From: a virus
Lineage: Duplodnaviria; Caudoviricetes
IMG/VR virus record: IMGVR_UViG_3300049142_000056
Location: 1-26,177 of that record
Length of the DNA: 26,177 nt
Strand: one strand, 5' to 3'
Positions 22,899-26,177 of the stretch are shown one piece after another (positions within the stretch are counted from its first letter, which is position 1; every line of letters begins with the position of its first letter). A model generated the notes under the pieces. The model was not told the origin of the DNA. It did no database searches and was given only the letters and a program-made list of their open reading frames with translations. The position numbers and the translations under genes were made by a program.

Positions 22899-23182
22899 CG
22901 CGTCTCGTCCTCCCATGCGGGCATTTGGTAGAGCTGTTCGAGGCTGCGGTAGGCGTGGTCGTGGGGGCCGGCCTGGCGGGGCTGGCGGTGGAGGCGGTCG
23001 CCGAGGCGCTGGTCGGCTGCGGCGACGCGTGCCGCTTCGGCCCGCACGGCCCGGCGCCGGCGCCAGGCGCGGGTGGTGTGCCAGGCGGCGTACACGGCGG
23101 CGGCCAGGGCGCTGGGGATGACGACGGCGGGAACGTAGGGGGCGGCGGTCATCGCCCAGTCGGCGACGTCGAGGACGGTCAT
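22895..23182 (-). CDS. Hypothetical membrane protein
   Basis: MTVLDVADW...VPAVVIPSALAAAVYAAW transmembrane segment; coupled at both ends. Confidence 0.65.
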   Translation of the reverse strand: MTVLDVADWAMTAAPYVPAVVIPSALAAAVYAAWHTTRAWRRRRAVRAEAARVAAADQRLGDRLHRQPRQAGPHDHAYRSLEQLYQMPAWEDETR

Positions 23183-23568
23183 CACGCCGCCCTCCGCTGC
23201 TCGGCTCGGGCGGCGGTGCGCTGGGCGATGCGGGCTTCGAGGTAGCGCCGTCCGGCGCGGGTGAGCCGGTACTCCTGGACCTTCTTGCCGTGCGCCTTGG
23301 GGTTGATCGAGACGACTTCGCCGACGACTTCGAGGACGGTGGGGTGCTCCAGCTCGATCAGCGCCCGGAAGTACAGTCCGGCCTTGCGGCAGTCGTCCTG
23401 GGGGACGAGGAGTCGCACGTCGTTCATGCCGAACGGGTAGCTGCTGCGGCCGAGGTGGAGGACGACCTGGTCGAAGAGAGCGGTGGTCCAGTCGTCGACG
23501 GGGCCGAGCTGGCGCAGGAGACGGTTGGCGCGGGCCTTGGCCTGGTCGGGGGTGATGGCTGTCGTCAT
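23182..23568 (-). CDS. Hypothetical wHTH-like phage protein, 128 aa
   Basis: AAGGGA RBS; FGMNDVR...SINPKAHGKKVQEYRLT. Confidence 0.75.
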   Translation of the reverse strand: MTTAITPDQAKARANRLLRQLGPVDDWTTALFDQVVLHLGRSSYPFGMNDVRLLVPQDDCRKAGLYFRALIELEHPTVLEVVGEVVSINPKAHGKKVQEYRLTRAGRRYLEARIAQRTAARAEQRRAA

Positions 23569-23597
23569 GACGGTTCCCTTCTGAGACGCTGGGGTTG

Positions 23598-23628
23598 TGA
23601 GCCGGCCGCATTGCCCGCGGCCGGCTCA
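23598..23628. terminator. Intergenic hairpin
   Basis: Perfect 12-bp IR TGAGCCGGCCGC/GCGGCCGGCTCA. Confidence 0.55.
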
Positions 23629-23639
23629 GGTCGTGCGGG

Positions 23640-23888
23640 CTAGAAAGGCAGGTCGTCGACCTTCTGGATCGTCATTTCCACGAGGTGGCGGCCGATCTCC
23701 GGCGAGATGTCGCAGGCTTCGGTCTGCAACTCCTGGGCGAGTTCGCGGGCCCAGGCGTGCGCCTCCCTGGAGCTGCTCTTGATGAAGACCTGCGCGACGT
23801 GGAGGGCAACGACGCTCATGGCTGCCTGGTAGGCGCTGACGTCAGGACCCCACTGGCCCGGCGCGGGTTCGCGGAGTGTGCTGCTCAT
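23640..23888 (-). CDS. Hypothetical protein ending DDLPF, 82 aa
   Basis: ATGA overlap with the recT-like stop; MSSTLREPAPGQW...VDDLPF. Confidence 0.7.
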   Translation of the reverse strand: MSSTLREPAPGQWGPDVSAYQAAMSVVALHVAQVFIKSSSREAHAWARELAQELQTEACDISPEIGRHLVEMTIQKVDDLPF

Positions 23889-24643
23889 GCGGCACCGCCG
23901 GGCTGTGCGGCCTCGGGCCAGTCGGTGGAGTCCTCGACGGCGTCGGCGTCCCAGACGCCGTCTTCGGCTCCGGTGTCGGCGACGTGCGGCGGCTCGACGG
24001 CCGGGGCGACTGCGGCGGGCGCCTGTGTGGTGATCGCGGCGACGCTCAGGCGGGGCTTCGGCGGGGCGATCTCCCCGTGGACGTAGCCGTCGACCTCCTC
24101 GGCGGCATACGGCAGTCCGTGCAGGGCGTCGGAGGCGATCAGTCGGCAGAGTTCGCCAGTGGCGCGGGCGACGAGCATGGACTTCGGTTGCTTCTTCCAC
24201 TGGTCCTTGCCGAGGAGCCCCATGCGCTGTGCTCGCGGAATGTCCCAGACGACGGTCTGCCAGCTTTCGGCGCCGTTGCGGCGGCCCCGCATGACGCAGT
24301 GCAGGTCGTCGGACTCGACGAGTTCGATGTCGTGGCCCTGGGACTGGACGATGGCCCGCATGGCGTGGGCACGGAGGGCGGGCTGGCCCTGGATGACGTC
24401 GATGGACTTCAGGGCGGTCATCGGCTTGAGGCCGAGTTCCTGGCCGGTGAGGATTGCGGCGGTGATCTCGTCGGGTTTGCCGCGGTAGGCGCCGGCGAAG
24501 TCGGTCTTGGCGAGGGACTGGGCGACGATGTTGGCCTGGCGGGCGGACTCGACCCATTCCAGGAGTTCGGATGTCGGCGCGGATGGCGGCTGCTGTACGG
24601 CGACGGCCTGCTGCTCGTCGCGGGTGGCGATCTCGCTGGTCAC
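23885..24643 (-). CDS. recT: RecT-like single-strand annealing protein
   Basis: AILTGQELGLKPMTALKSIDVIQGQP...RAQRMGL...WKKQPKSML.ARA...LHGLPYAAEE; coupled to the exonuclease. Confidence 0.75.
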   Translation of the reverse strand: MTSEIATRDEQQAVAVQQPPSAPTSELLEWVESARQANIVAQSLAKTDFAGAYRGKPDEITAAILTGQELGLKPMTALKSIDVIQGQPALRAHAMRAIVQSQGHDIELVESDDLHCVMRGRRNGAESWQTVVWDIPRAQRMGLLGKDQWKKQPKSMLVARATGELCRLIASDALHGLPYAAEEVDGYVHGEIAPPKPRLSVAAITTQAPAAVAPAVEPPHVADTGAEDGVWDADAVEDSTDWPEAAQPGGAA

Positions 24644-25503
24644 TTCAGGTACTCCTCGGTCTGGCGGAGGGTGTCCCAGGTCGGCATTCCAATCTGGGGG
24701 ATTTCGGTGACGGGCCCGGTCCAGTCGGGCCAGATGCCGGTCTGCTGGCACTCGGCATAGATCCGCAGGGCGCGCTGGTTGCGGGCACGGCCGATGTCAC
24801 GGTCCTGGTCGGTCAGTTCGCGGACCGTGACCAGGTGCGGGGCCTGCTTGGAGACGAAGACGAAGACGAAGCGGACGTCCTCGGGCTGGAGCGCTGCGTA
24901 GATCCCGTCGATGTAGAAGGGATCTTGCTGGTGGTAGTTGTGGTCGCGAATAGCGCGGGAGATCGTGTCCGGGTCCGAGGCGCGAATGGTCTTGAGGTCG
25001 ACGCACAACGCCAGGCCGGGCAGCTGCTTCAGCCAGTCCGGGCGGACCCGGCAGCGGACGCCGGTCGCGGGATCGGTCCAGTAGATCGACTGCTCGGCCA
25101 CACCCGTGCCGGGCGCGAACAGCGACCCGGCCACCGGGTGCTGGCGGATCGCTGCGGCCATTGCGTCGACCTGGAGCTTCTCCTTCGGCAGGAGCGGCAC
25201 CTTGCCCGCGGCGTAAGCCTCGCGCTTCGCTGCCTGCGCCGCGCCGGTCTTGTAGTCGGCGTATTCGATCTCGACGATGTCGTGGCCCTCGCCTAGCACC
25301 TCGGCATGCACTGCGTTGCCGAGGTCGAACTCCTTCTTCGGCGGCTGCGGGTTGTCCCGGTCGTACTTGAACTGGGCGGGGCAGCCCGGCGCGAGCAGGG
25401 CACGCAGCCCGGACGACGAGATCGACGTGCGATCCGCGTGGTACTCATCGGCGGGCAGACCGTCGACGATGCGCGGAGCCTCGACCTCAACGGCGGCGGT
25501 CAC
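24640..25503 (-). CDS. RecE/exonuclease VIII-like PD-(D/E)XK exonuclease (DUF3799-like)
   Basis: EYHAD..ISSSGL, FDLGNAVH, EQSIYW, CRVRPDW, VDLKT, YHQQDPFY, FVFVFVSK; GTG start at 25503 with GTGA overlap. Confidence 0.88.
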   Translation of the reverse strand: MTAAVEVEAPRIVDGLPADEYHADRTSISSSGLRALLAPGCPAQFKYDRDNPQPPKKEFDLGNAVHAEVLGEGHDIVEIEYADYKTGAAQAAKREAYAAGKVPLLPKEKLQVDAMAAAIRQHPVAGSLFAPGTGVAEQSIYWTDPATGVRCRVRPDWLKQLPGLALCVDLKTIRASDPDTISRAIRDHNYHQQDPFYIDGIYAALQPEDVRFVFVFVSKQAPHLVTVRELTDQDRDIGRARNQRALRIYAECQQTGIWPDWTGPVTEIPQIGMPTWDTLRQTEEYLK

Positions 25504-25913
25504 ATCGCACCGGCCAGTGGCAGCGGCCGGGCGCAGGCTTCGCACAGTCCGGAGGTGGTGAAGGGCCCGTCGTCGTCGGTGCAGCGGGCGCAGTGGATTG
25601 CGCGGGTCCCGGTGCAGGCCACGCAGTCTTCGATGCCGCAGTCGACGCTGTGGGTGTGCTCGGTGGCCTGGGTCCAGGCGTACCCGTGGTGCAGGACGAC
25701 GGCGTACAGAACGGGCGCGTACTGGCTGCTGTCGCGCATGCGCATGTCGGCGAAGCAGGCGTTGTGTTCGGCGGCGTACTGAAGGGCATCGGTGATGGAT
25801 GCCTGCGGGTGGATGTCGTCGGTGCCGAGGATCCAGACGGACCATTCGTGCTCTTCGTAGCCGACTCGGGAACGGTCGGGGCCGAAGAGCTCGGTGCGCT
25901 TCTCGGTGCTCAT
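25500..25913 (-). CDS. Hypothetical protein with Cys-rich C-terminus, 137 aa
   Basis: GAAAGG RBS plus ATG at 25913; several CxxC pairs. Confidence 0.7.
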   Translation of the reverse strand: MSTEKRTELFGPDRSRVGYEEHEWSVWILGTDDIHPQASITDALQYAAEHNACFADMRMRDSSQYAPVLYAVVLHHGYAWTQATEHTHSVDCGIEDCVACTGTRAIHCARCTDDDGPFTTSGLCEACARPLPLAGAM

Positions 25914-26070
25914 GGTGCGGGCCTTTCGGGAGTGGGAGACCAGGCCGCCCCGGTCGAAGGGGGCGAGGCGGCCTGGCTGGCCGCGGGGCCGGGGGGAACT
26001 CGACGCGGCCGGTGTGGGTGGTGGTGGGGTCCGCGCCACTGGCCGGTGGCATCCGGAGGCGCGGACCGGT

Positions 26071-26177
26071 CTAGGCGGCGCCGACGTCGGCCTGCTTGCC
26101 GGCCGACTTGCTGACGCGGTACTCGTCGACGGCGAACAGCTCGTCCGTCTGCGGCTCCAGCGCCTTCTCGGCAGCCC
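26071..26177 (-). CDS. 3' end of a CDS running in from outside the window
   Basis: ...AAEKALEPQTDELFAVDEYRVSKSAGKQADVGAA-stop with GC-rich third positions. Confidence 0.55.
   Translation of the reverse strand, partial: AAEKALEPQTDELFAVDEYRVSKSAGKQADVGAA

Larger units (their letters stand above)
1..26177 (-). mobile_element. Actinobacterial temperate phage/prophage (early region through to packaging HNH)
   Basis: Co-oriented, tightly coupled recE/recT, methyltransferase, initiator-loader-helicase, small ORFs and HNH in lambdoid-like order. Confidence 0.9.

Noticed and set aside
24640-26052. 470-aa version of the exonuclease
   Set aside because: The N-terminal extension is Arg/Pro-rich off-frame read of the upstream gene; the GTG at 25503 overlapping the upstream stop is the better start.
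1-26177. tRNA, rRNA, transposase, or reverse transcriptase/DGR
   Set aside because: No cloverleaf or T-loop signature, DDE or RT motifs, or template/variable repeat pair was recognised.

Overview
High-GC actinobacterial (Streptomyces-like) temperate siphophage or prophage segment, transcribed almost entirely on the minus strand (right to left). (1) Early region, ~26177-14274: RecE-like exonuclease, RecT-like annealase, C5 DNA methyltransferase, replication initiator with internal iteron-like repeats, G39P-like loader, DnaB-N/RecA-fold helicase, PD-(D/E)XK nuclease, many small ORFs and a Cys-rich putative late regulator. (2) A ~10 kb insert, ~14225-4420, that resembles the transfer region of actinomycete plasmids/AICEs but has no integrase or rep gene of its own. 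It has a divergent plus-strand control arm (HTH, XRE-pseudoNudix fusion, intact Nudix, TTA-codon ORF) and a long minus-strand operon with a DUF2637/SpdA-like membrane protein, a TraB/FtsK translocase, a clt-like repeat locus, an SpdD-like protein, a third Nudix and several small MG(L/I)F-starting proteins. (3) Start of the late region, ~4400-1: promoter plus hairpin, HTH, collagen-like protein, DUF4352 lipoprotein, GT2-like glycosyltransferase, NAD-dependent epimerase and packaging-type HNH endonuclease. The main hypothesis is a prophage that carries its own TraB-type hypha-to-hypha transfer and Nudix immunity system. All family calls come from motif recognition by eye; no database search was run.
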